DNA of 64,000 bases from Octopus sinensis (taxonomy: Eukaryota), in assembly GCF_006345805.1 (NCBI RefSeq), contig NC_043001.1, forward strand, positions 8,618,001 through 8,682,000. The letters are read 5' to 3'. Made by a program: the position numbers and the translations under genes. Position 1 is the first letter of the stretch. Every line of letters begins with the position of its first letter. Positions 51,267-64,000 of this stretch are shown one piece after another. The notes under the pieces were generated by a model. That model was not told the DNA's origin and ran no database searches. It was given only the letters and a program-made list of their open reading frames with translations.

Positions 51267-54200
51267 GACAGTGTAAACTAAATAATGCCAGGCATTTTGA
51301 TCAAAGCTTTACCGATTCCACTGAAGAGACTCCTCTTTAATATTTACGATATTTAATATACTTCTATATAAATACATATGATATTGCTGTTATGTACTGA
51401 GAAATCATGTATGGAAAGTTATTTCGGTGTGAACATATTTAATTAGAGAAAGAACGCAATAATTTACAATGGAATCTGTGAATGAATGTCTAAGAAAAAA
51501 TTCCTACAATACAACAAATGGAAAATGTTCTATTTATGTCGTTTTATACCGGAATTACATAGCATTCTACAGCTCCGAAATTTTAATTTATAGATGATTA
51601 GAATAACTGATGTATTGAATTAAAATTTGGCCAGAGGAATGGAATGAGTAAATTAATTTAAGCAACAAATGAAAACTGAAATCGCCAATGTACAATCCCC
51701 TGCTTTAGAACAAAAATGCTTTCATATAGATTTAATGTATGAAAATATTCTTTGTAAACGTTATAATTTAATAGAAATAATTTTACTAATTGAAATTCTA
51801 ATAAAATACATTAATAGGATTAATTTATAAATGAAACATTCTTCGAATATTGAAATTGTTTAGAATAATATATCGGAATAACATGACGACACTAATTTAA
51901 CAACGAACGTAATATATAAATATACTTCTGGCTTAAGTGTGAAATACAATGATCGCACCTTAACACCAGAGTGATCAACACGCCTTAATTAAATTGCCGC
52001 AACGCGTTACACATATATTTACCTAATTGCAATACAGAAATTCCAAGATAACAACGCGCTTCAGTATAACATTATAACGTTCTTGCTGTTTTATATTCAT
52101 CGGCATTTTTAAAAACCGGTTTCACATTTTTCTTAATTTTTAAAATCCGGATTCAGATTTTTCTTAATTTATATTATCGAACCTAACCTACTTTAATTAT
52201 TTTTTTAGCAATATACGTCGGAAAGAAAAGCAAAAACTCTGCCAAAATCATTAAAAAGGATGAATAACTATTTCGCCTTTTTAATTCAATAGGAATAGGT
52301 TTTAGAAGTCACTGCATCTTAATAATATGTTGCTAAGGTGTCATTTAGAGAAATTCCAATTCAGAAATCTGCGAATTATAATTTTTAATTGACGGATTAG
52401 CCGGTAACCACACTCACGGTGCTTGGGAACGAAGTTGATTTTTGACATTGCAAAATGCGAAAGCAAGCCTGTTGAAAAAGGGTGAACGCAGGCGAATGAA
52501 CTATCCTATTATAATTAGTAGCTTTCTGGAATTAGCTTTTAGGTGAAGACATGTGATGAAGTAGATGTGCACTGACTACACTGCCATGTTTGAAAATCAG
52601 TATGATTTTCTCTTTGTCGTCTACTACAACTCAAAAAGTGCATTTAAATTTCACTGGGATTTAAATATGTTGAAGGAAGTCATTGAATAGCGTCGCTAAG
52701 TCAAAATATGCCGGGTTCATTATTTGAGTTGTAAACAATTACACTTATGATTGGATATTAATAGCATGTGAAAATAATAATCACTTATACGCAAGACATC
52801 ATTCTCCAAATGGTGTGCGTCAACACCTTCAAACAGCAAAAAGTGAACCAAGCAGGGATGCGAAAATGGTGAAGTTTTAATGACAGTTAATTATAAAAAA
52901 AACGCTTGAAGCAGTTTCCGGTAAATATTTCGGTTAATATTTCAACTAGGCAACGCAATCTCCAGGTCTATGATCTAGAAATTAATAAAAACGTTATCCA
53001 GTAAGCTAAAGCAGCTAATTTCCTCCATATAATATTTAGCAAAATAATTTAGGTGAAATTTGGAAGAAAATAGAACGTGCGAATGCTCTGCAACACGGTT
53101 CCTTTTATAATGAATGAAAAACCGATATAAGTAAACCTGTATGACAATGTTTCATATTTGCTCGTGCCAGTAGGGATGTCATTTGTATATCCTTTTTTAT
53201 AAATACATAGGTCAAACTGCCATGGTAGCAGTAGCAGCCTGACCTGTTTCTCTTGTCCTATCAAATATTCTGCTGATAAACTTCATTATTTTATATTACA
53301 AGACTTTTGCGAGATCTTCAATGTTAAAGCAAGTATATTGTTAATAAAATCAACTCCTTACTTACGTTATGAATTGATAACTACCAAAGCATATCCACGC
53401 ATTTATTAAAGAGTTAATCACTTTGCAACGAAATGTTGATGAAGGAACGTTATGTGTTTAATGCAGCGAACAATTACAGTTAATTCTATTGTAAGTAGTA
53501 TAGGTTCCATTCTCAGTCGAAATATGAGAGTAAATAGGATCAACGGCAGTAGAAATGGATATACTGCAGGCCCAGATTCAGATTTCCCAGTGAGTTTATG
53601 AAGGAGTGATAGGATGTTGATGCTGATTCTTGTAAATTAAAAGAGCCCAGCGTTGATTAAAGTCAAATAAGGTTATAAGATGAATGCATGAGCTATTGAG
53701 ACTTTCTCTATATTGGCTTTCGTGGAGGAGGATCTCGTAAATTAACACTTCAAATCGCTGAATGTGATACTAAAACTGTGGTTCTATCTGATTTGAATTG
53801 AGCGTTTAGAAGTGGAAGAAGGATCATGAATAGATTGCTCTTCATCGAGTAGATATCGTTCGAACATAACAGATTAAGGCGTTGTGTAGAACAATGTTAT
53901 TAACAGAAAAGTCAGCAAACAGGTCGGTGCTAGAGGGAGAAATCCGAGGTTTCGGACATCAGTAAATCATTGATTATATTTCAGTGCCCCAATACACTCG
54001 TATGAAGACCCTAACCACACGAATATATGTGTAGTACATCGAACATGTTTGAGGGAATAATATCTACTTACTGACGCCAACATAAACCTTCACTGAAGAA
54101 TTACGTCACTAGTCTTAAGGCTATAAACCTGAGACACAAACCTGTGCTGTATACAATGTCGCTTCACAAAATTTACTTTTGTGAGAGAAGCACTGTTTTC

Positions 54201-57200
54201 TAAAGATTGGTCCTTTGTATCCTATACTGTGCACGCCACGTAGAGCTAGATGCTGGCTATATACAGTGCAGCCCAAGTTTAAGACGCAAAATAATGTAAT
54301 ATATAAGTTGAGACGTTCATCTTCCTCAAAATGGATTACGAATTATTATTGTATCCGAGAAAGTCTGGTAGCAATGAGAATGCTACACACATCGCAACTT
54401 TTCGATATTCTGTTCTATTGTAACTTGATGCAGCATAGAAAAGAAACTTTATATTAGATAATCAATATGTCATCACCTACATAGACCAAGAAAATCATTT
54501 ATAGGATCACAACAAGCGAAAGAGAGAAAAAGTGAAATATATGTAAGTAATAACGTAGCTCACACTTTTATTAGATTTATTTGGATTCAGGAAGAGTAAT
54601 TACTTTTCTTAAGCAAATTGATATTTTTAATATATTTGTAATAGCAAGAGAACAAAAAGCACAGAATAGAAATAAATATGGGCATAGTGGTGTAATAAAT
54701 AAATTATCAATTTCGAATGATAACTTGATATATTATTCATATTCGTTTCCATAAATATGTTTGATTATATGTGTAAACACACGTATTCATATACGTATGG
54801 GTTTGTATATATATGCAAGCACATAATTGCGAACAAGGAGAGACGCGTGTCCGCATTGCTAAATGTAGAGTGAAATATCAGGTTTTATTGGGAACTATAA
54901 AAGAAAGAAATCTTGACAGCGAGTTTCACGTTTCCGTTTTTCGCACGAAAATTCATAAAGTACAGCTAAGAGTATGAAGCGAAATATGTCGGGAAATCTG
55001 CTTTAATGAAGCTTGCTTATATAATTAAAAACAGAAAAAAACATATTCGACTAGTTTTGTGAACTTAAATTCTTATCTAAATAGATTATCAAATCTAAAA
55101 TAAAAATATAAACGTCTGCAGAGAAGAGAAAACAAAGAAGTAGAAAAAGAACCACGAGTTGAAAATGATAGACATTTTGCAGCATAAGACAAGAACACTA
55201 TCGAAAATCACTCAAGAACATGGGTGTATCGGTCCTGATGCTATACGTTAGGAAAGTACATATGTAATTCACAAAATAATTGTATAAGAACATAAGTTAT
55301 AACGAAACAGCTGTAGCAATACCAGAAAGATCATTCATATATATGTATATATGGAGAGAGAGAGAGAGAGAGAGAGAAAGAGACACAGACAGACAGACAG
55401 ACAGACAGAGTTAGTGGTGCAGATAAACAGGTTTAGGTTATAATATATAAATATATAGGCATACTTATATACATAGAAATATACATTACGATATATATAT
55501 ATATATATACATGCAAAAGATGAATATATTCAGAAGGTATATATATCAGTCCCTTTCTTTAGGACGTAAGTAACGTTCGTCGCGTATCATATTGAGTGCT
55601 GCCATTCCATGAGTCCGTATGTGAGGAAAACAAAACTCTTGCCATCGAAAATTCCGACTCTGGCTAAAACTAACCCAAGCCTAATATTCTCGATTTGGTC
55701 TGCGATGTCTTTGCGTGTGGCATACCTCAGTTGTCAATATCGATTTGAAAGACGAAGTGCGCTAATGTACAGTACGAATTTATGATCGTTATAAATATAT
55801 CATCAGTAGAAGGTTCAGCAAGCCAGTGGCAGAATAAGTTCTTGAACATTTGCAAACCTCTATGTAGAATTTAGAGAACACTTCAAATTCCCAAGACGAT
55901 AGTCACGAAGGAATGCTGATTATGTTGTTTATTGTCTCCAATCTCAGCTCCCTCGTTGGTAGCGATATGAAAGATGCCGTTATTAAGAATATTTTTGGAC
56001 GTTTCAGAATTCTTTGTGCTCATGTTGCAGTAAAACAACCTTGCTTACGGAGGGCACTAATACTCATCCAAACGAAGTGCGTCTAAAACTGGTGACCTAA
56101 AAATTACATGCCGGTAAATGACCCAACCTTTAACTACAAATGGCTGGGCATCCACATAATGCACCGCAAATTCCCAAATAATTATCTAGAGGGAATAAAC
56201 ATTTTCATAGCAGCATGAAACGTAGGAACCCTACAGAATATCAAATGAAATCCTGAGAACATTACGACAATCATCGCTAAAGTTATAAGAGGCAAATATA
56301 TAAGCATATTAGCTATACTTGAGAGAAATTTCGCAGACTGGAGTTGGCTGGAAGATCATCAATGAGACTGTATGTTGTACGAGATCGGATAGAGGAGAGA
56401 AATTGGTGCAAGTTGTAGGTTTTGCCTTTTGGGCTGATCTTGTAAATGGATTTTAATTTCCCCCTGTAGGTCTATATGAGTGCATCACGTCTTTCCTTGT
56501 ACCACTGAGAATAATTAATGATGTGACTCTCGTGACATGCTGCTTTTAATAAGATGCACCAAATATCTATTATAGAAAACCGTATGATTTAAATTGAACA
56601 CAAAATGTGATGTAACGTTAATTTTATTAAATATAAAGGATCGACAGAGAATGTAAGAAAGAGGAAATCTCAGAGCATGTGAAGTAAAATGGGGTCATAT
56701 TCTAAATGATAGGTTTTCGGTGATGTTAAACTATCAAACCTATACAGTTGTTAGGTGATCGGAAAATATTTTTTTAATAAGCAAGAAAGAAAAAAAGAAA
56801 GAGAGACAGAAAGAAAGAAAGAGTGAAAAATAGCAAAAAAACAATGAGAGAAAGAAAGAAGTGAAGGAAAAAAGAATGAACGGATGGAGGAACTTCGCAA
56901 ATGATTGTTAACAGTATTAGAGCAATAGAGATTAGAATTGATAAAAGCGAAGGCACAGAGAGATAAACGAAAGAAAAAATATACGATTGAAAGAAAGGAA
57001 GAAAAACAGAAAATAATATATGGCTTCTGATCGTGAGTAGATTCTAAAGATCTGAGTTGGCTGCAGTCTGCAGTAGAAACCAGCGCGATGAGTTTGATAT
57101 ATATCTCTGATTTCATACCTTATAATACTCTTGTAAAAATATAGATCCTCGCATACATACGTACCTCTATGTGTATATATATATATATTGTTAATAATCA

Positions 57201-57210
57201 TTACTACTAT

Positions 57211-57397
57211 AAACACAAGGCCTGAAATTTTTCGCGAAGAGGACTAGTCGATTCCATCGACTTCAGTGTTTCACTAGTACGAAATTTACTAACCCCGAAA
57301 CAATGAAAGGCAAAAACGCCCTCAAAAGGCAGCAACGGGTGAAATACTGGTAAGCATTGGTCCAACGTGCTAACGATTCTGCCTGTTCTCCGCCTTA
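57211..57397 (-). mobile_element. SINE family B with tail 2, degraded
   Basis: ACAAGGCCTGAAATTT tail, ACCCCGAAA..TGAAAGGCAAA body and GTGCTAACGATTCTGCC..CCGCCTT head, all on the minus strand. Confidence 0.7.
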
Positions 57398-57634
57398 TAT
57401 AATATGTTAATAATAATTAAGAGAACATCTATAATATTGTGAAACATTTATTTACAGCGTTTTATTTTGTGGACCTAGAATGCGTATAAAACCGATTAAA
57501 TGGAACAAGGTTACCGCCATGATTATATGACCCCCTGAAATCGTTTTCGGAAATATATACATATGTATATATATATAGATATGTGTGTGTGTGTCTGTGT
57601 GTGTATGTGTGTGGTTTTATATACACACACGAAT

Positions 57635-57694
<60 letters not shown>

Positions 57695-58074
57695 AAAGTG
57701 TTGCTCCGTGTTGTTATGATAAGCAATTAAACTACTCCATCTGATGAGAGATAAATATTTAATAGACACAATTCATGTTTTTATGTACTACTAATAAATT
57801 CTTGTGCTGAGAATATGCCAAATAATAATTTATAACATGTGTAGCATCACAACGTTATCAAGCAGAAACCACATATTTTAACGGACGAAAATTGGATGAG
57901 AGAAGCGCGATAAGATGTGAAGGAAGAATATACAAAATGTGGAAGGGTAAAAAAGTGGAAAGGAACGCTTAATCAGAAAGAGATAAATAAAGACAGGAAA
58001 AGAGTTATTTCCTTTATTCCTTATTATAAGACTGGGAAAATGGAGATAGATTACTCAAATATAGGAGGAATTTT

Positions 58075-58350
58075 CTAATTCTCCAAAAGGAACTTAGCCA
58101 TATGTTTACAACCGCTGAAAATTTCAGACCGAGATTTCAGCAATGAGTCCGAGATCTGAGATCTGAAAAGGATATGCGGTCTTTCAGCTAAGTATAGCTT
58201 ACATTTATTGGACCCATTAACATAGGATGTGGATTCCTCGATTATTTTCCAATTTATCGTATGTGGGGTTGCGTTAGATTTCAAACTCCATAGCGTATAG
58301 CGAAAGGAAGTTATATGGTCAGCATAGTGATTTTTAGATTCTCCTTCACA
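58075..58350 (-). pseudogene. Penelope-like element GIY-YIG C-terminal relic (different lineage from 31526-32045)
   Basis: HITSFRYTLWSLKSNATPHTINWKIIE..KCKLYLAER..LLKSRSEIFSGCKHMAKFLL matches the PLE C-terminal pattern H..SF..IW.LK..I.WKI..C.LCL.EK..LN.RSE..S.CRH..KFLL. Confidence 0.75.
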
Positions 58351-58367
58351 TAGTCTAACATAGATCT

Positions 58368-58533
58368 TCTTATCGGTTGTATTATCATTTGGCGTTGCAG
58401 TAACTTCTGCCTAATTTATGAGAGATTTAATAATATATCACTAGTCAAGTGGACAGGATGCAGTGTTTCGACGGTTACGACTGGATTTAGGCAGAAGTTA
58501 CTGCAACACTAAATGATAATGCAACCGATAAGA
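58368..58533. repeat. Small MITE-like inverted repeat, 47-bp arms, ~72-bp spacer
   Basis: 58368-58414 pairs with 58487-58533 at 44/47 positions. Confidence 0.9.
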
Positions 58534-59270
58534 CGTCAAGTGTTATCTGTCGCACTTTGTGCATGCAACAGAAGAACAGGAAAGGGAAACGGCCATTAAA
58601 AACACACACAATCAGTTCACACACGTATGCATACATATGTACATATATATATATATATATGTGTAAGCTTGCGTATGCGCATGCATGCGTGTATATATTT
58701 GTGAATTTGTTAGACCACCTTCCAGTATCGTGGAATTTTGTCCAGTATCGCCAACATCTATAACGAATGTACTTCTTAATTTAATATTTTTATATGATAG
58801 GAAGCACAATCATCAGCATGAATTTATTGTAATATTATCAATAATCCAGTCATTTCTTTTCAATTTGGAATCGAGGTTCGCTCGAAAACTTTCTACATTC
58901 AAATATTTTGAATGCAAATTGTCAGAACACATGGAAACACATTTTCCACCGCTCTATATTTGTCTTTTTGTTTGAAAATTACAAATAAATGAGGGGCAAA
59001 GTTGACCTCGATGGCTTTGAATTGTATTTAAAATTTATAAAGATAAACATACCATGAGTACACTATTTCCTTTTGAGGGCGGAAGAGACGATCTTCCTAA
59101 GCTTACAAGCAGTATTCGAATTATGACCAGGCCCCCTCTTGTTGCATAGTATGACACTTGATGTGTGAAACATCTTCAATCAGGTACGTTATTATTATTA
59201 TTAATATTATCATTATTATTATTATTGTTGTTGTTGTTGTTGTTGTTGCTGTTGTTGTTGTTATTCATAT

Positions 59271-59340
59271 CACTGCCAGGAATCGAACATGGAATCTTGG
59301 GGTTAGTAGTCCGCGCTCTTAACCACTATGCCATATGCCC
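59271..59340 (-). promoter_or_regulatory. tRNA-like Pol III head with intact A and B boxes (SINE head, not a tRNA gene)
   Basis: Minus strand GGGCATA-TGGCATAGTGG-TTAAGAGCGCGGACTACTAACCCCAAGATTCCAT-GTTCGATTCC-TGGCAGTG. Confidence 0.75.
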
Positions 59341-59436
59341 GTGGTGTAGTTGTTAAGAGCGCAGCTACTAACCACAAGATTCCGATTTCGCTTCCAGGCA
59401 GGAAGCTAAATAATAATGATAATAATAATAATAATA

Positions 59437-59468
<32 letters not shown>

Positions 59469-59478
59469 AATAATAATA

Positions 59479-59538
<60 letters not shown>

Positions 59539-59614
59539 TAACAACAACAACAACAACAGCAACAACAACGAAAAACACTTTATATATGAGAACCCAGGTT
59601 CGAAATTTCCCCAA

Positions 59615-59660
59615 GACACCTGATGAAGGCTGGAGGATATATCAGCCGAAACGTTGTGTT
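59615..59660 (+). ncRNA. Minimal type I hammerhead ribozyme motif (Penelope type)
   Basis: Helix I GACAC (59615-19)/GTGTT (59656-60); core CUGAUGA (59620-26) plus one extra A; helix II GGCUG/CAGCC; GAAA (59648-51); palindromic ACGU helix III; predicted cleavage after GUU (59655). Confidence 0.7.
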
Positions 59661-59811
59661 AACAATAAACAAGATGAGAACATATATCTATCAAATGTAA
59701 ATAATGTAAATACTATACATAATTCCTCATCTCTTAAATATAGAACTGTATTATCTTCAATCACGGATTTGGTTTCAAGAACGCAGTTATAATTATACTT
59801 TTTATATGTCA

Positions 59812-60208
59812 CTAGCAGTATCGCCCGGCGTTGCTCGGGTTTGTATGGGAAATAACTATATAAGCATTTGTAGAGAGTTATAGCCAAAAAATAGCAAAAA
59901 ATGCATTAAAAATGGAAAAAAACGATGCTGAATTTTTTTTAAATCGTTGACTCATCGTAGACATTTTAGAGAATTACTTCCCTTATATAATAGCGAAAAA
60001 AATGCATTAAATTGGGAAAAAAATGATGGTAATTTTCTTTTTAAATCGTATACTCATCGTAGACGCGCGCTAATACCCAGAAGGGCTCGATATGAATCAC
60101 GACTATAAGATACCCGGTTTTCGTTAAACTGCACCGCAAAATGTGGGAGTAGTTAGGAATCTAAATCGTAGGAGACAGACACACAACTTCTCTTTTATAT
60201 ATAAATAG
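59812..60208 (-). mobile_element. Non-autonomous Helitron, copy 3
   Basis: Closely similar to 40722-41116, with the same hairpin-CTAG|T end; 5' TC end slightly mutated. Confidence 0.85.
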
Positions 60209-60659
60209 TACACTCATGAAGAGTTACAAACAAGAATATCTTCATCGTGATATCACATCTAAGGGGCTGCCGAGGCAAGAGAGACTGTTATTTTTGAGGT
60301 ACTCCTCAAGAGTGCAATCTCTCGATTTTGTTCTTGACGTACTGGTTATCATTATTACTATAATTATTATCTTGTTATGGCTTCAGCCGAGCAATACTGA
60401 TAGCGAAATACTGTTTGGATGAACCCTGACTTTACATAGGCCAAGCGAGGATGTTCGAAGTATAAACGACGCTGGTTATGACTGACGGACAGAATCCAAG
60501 AACGAGCAACGAAAGCGTTAATTGTCGCTGTTTACAAACAAAACACTACGACGAATCAAATAATGGTTGAGATTGTCAAAATTAGCTGAGGAAATGCAGA
60601 ATTGTATAGAAAAGATGTGCGTAAAATCTATCTCATGAGTGATTCCAATATTCAAGCAC

Positions 60660-61000
60660 AAAGATCGTTAAGTGTGACCATGCCTGTGTATATAAAAGTG
60701 TGTAGTTAGCCGAGAGAGGAGCACTCAGTCAAAAATCATGCCTCCTCATCGATATGATTGTGTCAATCGATGTAAATATGTCTGCCAAAGCCTACCAAAT
60801 ATCGAATAAATAGAAAGAACTTGAAAGACAAATTGTCAAAATATGGAACGACGTCAAGACTAGAGCAATGCGTATTATCAAAGGGACCCTTTGAATGGTA
60901 TCAGAAATTAATGATTGCGCCCTATCTTAGATACCGTGATATCACAAAATGGAAGAATTTGAAAAGATACTGAACACGGGACCTGTTCTTGCCCTATGAA
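60660..61000 (+). mobile_element. R4/NeSL-type RLE endonuclease relic
   Basis: SCLLIDMIVSIDVNMS..K*KELERQIVKIWN..IIKGP matches CLLIDM.VP.D.N..KY..LE.EI.KMW..IGALG. Confidence 0.55.
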
Positions 61001-63349
61001 CATTTTTTTATCTGATTCACAAAACATTTTAATGTGTAAGCATTATCAAAAGTACTTTTAAGTGTACATAATAGCAAGCACGTTTCACAGTCGTTTTAAG
61101 ATCGCCCCCTCACGTTATCCTCAAATTGCTTTTAAAATAAGCCTTTAATTTTCTTATGTTTTGACTGACACTCACATGAACAATTCTCTGTTCAAAGCCA
61201 AGCCTGTGACACCAAAGTCATAATACTGAATTGAGCTAAGTATAGTTGTCTCTTGAGGTCTCTGAATCAACTTGTACAAATACAACGCGAATCTGGAATC
61301 GACTTGTAGAAATACAAAGCGAAAGACAAGCAAGTAATTATATTAACAAATATTGCATTTTGCTATAAATCTGTTGTTTATTTTTGAAAAAGCTATCCTT
61401 TCGATTTCACCGCCCAGTTTTGAAGCAAGTTGACAACGTTCTCCTTTTCTCGACACGTAAAGTGGCTGATTATTCTACAGATGCGTGTCACCCCCACGTA
61501 AATCTCAAACAGAATCAGAGTGAAAGGAGTTTGACTAGTTTGGGAGATTGAATTACTGATTCGATCCACTCACCAAGTTCCTACATATTCCCAGTCGATT
61601 CGGTTCCACTCATAATATAACCTGATGCTAAGATACAGATACCCAACTAAAACCGAGCCCCTATACCACAGTGAAAACATTTTGCTGTTCAACTATGCCT
61701 GCTAACAATGTGCATCCTTTCGTAAACATACATATACTAACACGGGTTTTGTAAGATAGATTTTTCTAATGTGCTTCGTAAATAGGTGATTCTGCTTTAA
61801 CGAATGCATTATTGTGAAAAACATTATATTCTTGATTGTCCTGCATGTATTTTCAAGTATGTAGCATCTAGCTACAGTATATATTCCCAAACAGCTCCTA
61901 TATTTCTTTATAGAGTTTGGGTTCAGAAAAACTGTCGATTCTACTTGTGGTTGGAGGGAAAATGTAGATGTATTATTAATTGTTAAATGGCGTGTTTATA
62001 TATGTTTATGTTCCATAATACCTGACATCGTTGCATTTATGTTGAATATAGTATCGTATCTTGAGTAATAAATGGGGAAAAGACCTTGGCAAGGTGCACC
62101 TGGCAACTTAAGTGAGATAGAACGAAATTCTTTGAGACATTCAGGATTCTTATTTACCATTTCAATTCGCTACTTCTCTTCAGCATTCAGTATTAATATT
62201 TACGTTACATTTCTCAGAAAAAAGAATACATACAAGATGGATAGATTTTAAGAAACAAATATTGGCTCTAGTTTGGACAAACTATTTGCTATCAGGTGCG
62301 TGAAATTTTGCATTTAGCGAAATTTTTATTTTTGCTAATCTCTTTTCAGATACCCCATAGTATAATGTATAAGTCATTGTTAAGCTGTTTGTTTCGTTCC
62401 ATTGTAATTAGATATATACACACACAAACACATATGCACATTCACACACACACGTGCGCATAGAGGCTTATATTATTACGCACTTATATGTATATGAATA
62501 AATACACACATGCAAACATGAATAAGCTCAATACAATTCCTATATGTTAAAAAAATTTAAACAAAACATTTGAGATGCGGTTAATCCACGAGTACCATAG
62601 TTTAAAGTACTTAATGTCACGGATAAATTATTACGTTCGCAATTTTTCTTAATATGCAATTTTCGTGACATTGAACATGTTTACGAAATACTTGAAATTT
62701 AAAATGAATCATAAAAAGAAAACAAAGACTAAAATCAAACATTTGAATTCTATGCATCTCTTTCCGTATAATTCCTTTCAACTTCAAACTTCTAATCCCA
62801 CGAAATAATATAAAGAACTCATTATCCCCACACTGCTTGGGGACTCCATAAATTACTAAAGTTCAAGCATATAACATTTGTGAATATGTTTAACTTCAGT
62901 ACACTTCCTACTTGAAAATGTGCTGTTCATCTTCGATATTTAATGATTATTTATGGACACATTTCAGTATTAGAAATTTAATTTCTGTATTCGTTCGTTT
63001 AAACCTGCTGTCCTTTATTTTCTTTTAAAAGAATATAGTGATCATGAAGATTTTCATTCATAGAATTCTATTAAAATGGCGTTCAAATCATATATAACAT
63101 AAATCCTTCCTATTTATATTTACAGTATGTTTCATGGAATATATCGTCGGCATGTTTATTTAGCTCATCGCAATAACTTATATATATATATTCTGTTTAA
63201 TTTTCCTATTTATGGACAGAAAACATTTATGGAATAAAACCATGAAAGGAATAATTTAAAACAAAGTAACTTTGATCCCAGTGTGTATTTAAATTTCCCC
63301 CACACCTTCGTTCCGATGATGCTTCCTATTCCTTAAAAAAATATACTCG

Positions 63350-63775
63350 TCTTACTTTTCTTATAACACCGCGGCCATGCCTTGAAAACTTTTTAATCGA
63401 ATGAATCGAATCCTTTATTTATCTTTTAACCTCCAACTAATTCTATTTGTCTTTTGCTAAATCGATAACTTACTCGAAATTAAACACACCAACACGTTTT
63501 CTCAGGATTGGTAGTGGCGCACACAGACACAAAGACACACACACGTGCACACACATTCACACACACACACTCTTTCTCTCTCACATACCCTACATATATA
63601 TATATATATATATATATGCAATGGGCTTCTTTCCATTTCCGTCAACCAAACCCACTTCCAAGGCATCGGTTATCACGATACGTTGTTATAGGTATTTGAC
63701 CAAGATGACATGCAGTGGGACTGAACTCCAAACCATATGGTAGAAAGCAAATTTCTTACCACACAACCACACGTA
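63350..63775 (-). mobile_element. SINE family A, degraded
   Basis: GGCTTCTTTCCATTTCCGTCAACCAAA..GCAGTGGGACTGAACTC..CTTACCACACAACCAC, plus the GCGGCCATGC tail remnant near 63370. Confidence 0.7.
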
Positions 63776-64000
63776 AGTATGCATAAATGTATACGTACGT
63801 GACCGAGTTGCGACACTGACATTGATGCGATTGCCCATTCCTTTCATTTCCATTTCTTCGAGTTTGATATTAACCATTCAGAGATACGGACATCGCTGCC
63901 TAAATATAATGTTCATGACATTATATACTATATGTTCCTTCAACACTGAATGCATTTGGTTGTTGAGTAAACACTTGACTCTCTGGCCAATCGCTCAACT

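Larger units (their letters stand above)
59175..59750 (+). mobile_element. Composite element: inverted tRNA-like head with trinucleotide tail, then direct tRNA-like head, trinucleotide tract and hammerhead-bearing 3' unit
   Basis: 59271-59340 (minus) and 59342-59401 (plus) are back-to-back copies of one head, each followed by (AAT/AAC/GAT)n. The plus copy continues into GAGAACCCAGGTTCGAAATTTCCCCAAGACAC-CTGATGA. Confidence 0.8.

Noticed and set aside
52105-52166. 31-bp tandem duplication (and a similar 32-bp one at 61264-61327)
   Set aside because: Ordinary local slippage duplications with no further structure.
55950-56050. Harbinger-like NIFGRFRIL peptide
   Set aside because: A single short motif is insufficient.
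57052-57090. CTGAGTTGG-CTGCAG-T-CTGCAG-TA-GAAACC hammerhead-like string
   Set aside because: The core and cleavage triplet deviate too much to call.
57741-57775. CTGATGA hammerhead core
   Set aside because: No helix II closure or GAAA follows.
59271-59340. Functional tRNA gene
   Set aside because: A and B boxes are present, but the 5' GGGCATA has no complementary 3' acceptor strand and no T-run terminator follows; it is a SINE-type head.

Overview
AT-rich, repeat-saturated eukaryotic DNA with no convincing host protein-coding gene. The SINE repertoire and the (TA)n/(CA)n/(AAT)n microsatellite load resemble an Octopus (coleoid cephalopod) intergenic or intronic region; this is inferred from pattern, not from a database search. 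The window holds about 20 tRNA-derived SINE copies in four or five families and three non-autonomous Helitrons. It also has a decayed Helitron PIF1-type helicase split by a SINE, R4/Dong-like, HERO-like and CR1/L2-like LINE relics, a SPIN/Charlie-type hAT relic, two Penelope-like GIY-YIG fragments, several MITE or foldback elements and a perfect 186-bp-arm palindrome. The most interesting signal is a set of five short non-coding elements carrying a minimal type I hammerhead-ribozyme fold of the Penelope type. One copy (59615-59660) has an intact core and lies downstream of a tRNA-like Pol III head, in an inverted-plus-direct arrangement typical of Penelope insertions. This suggests a SINE-like RNA mobilised by Penelope-like elements, a hypothesis that needs testing.
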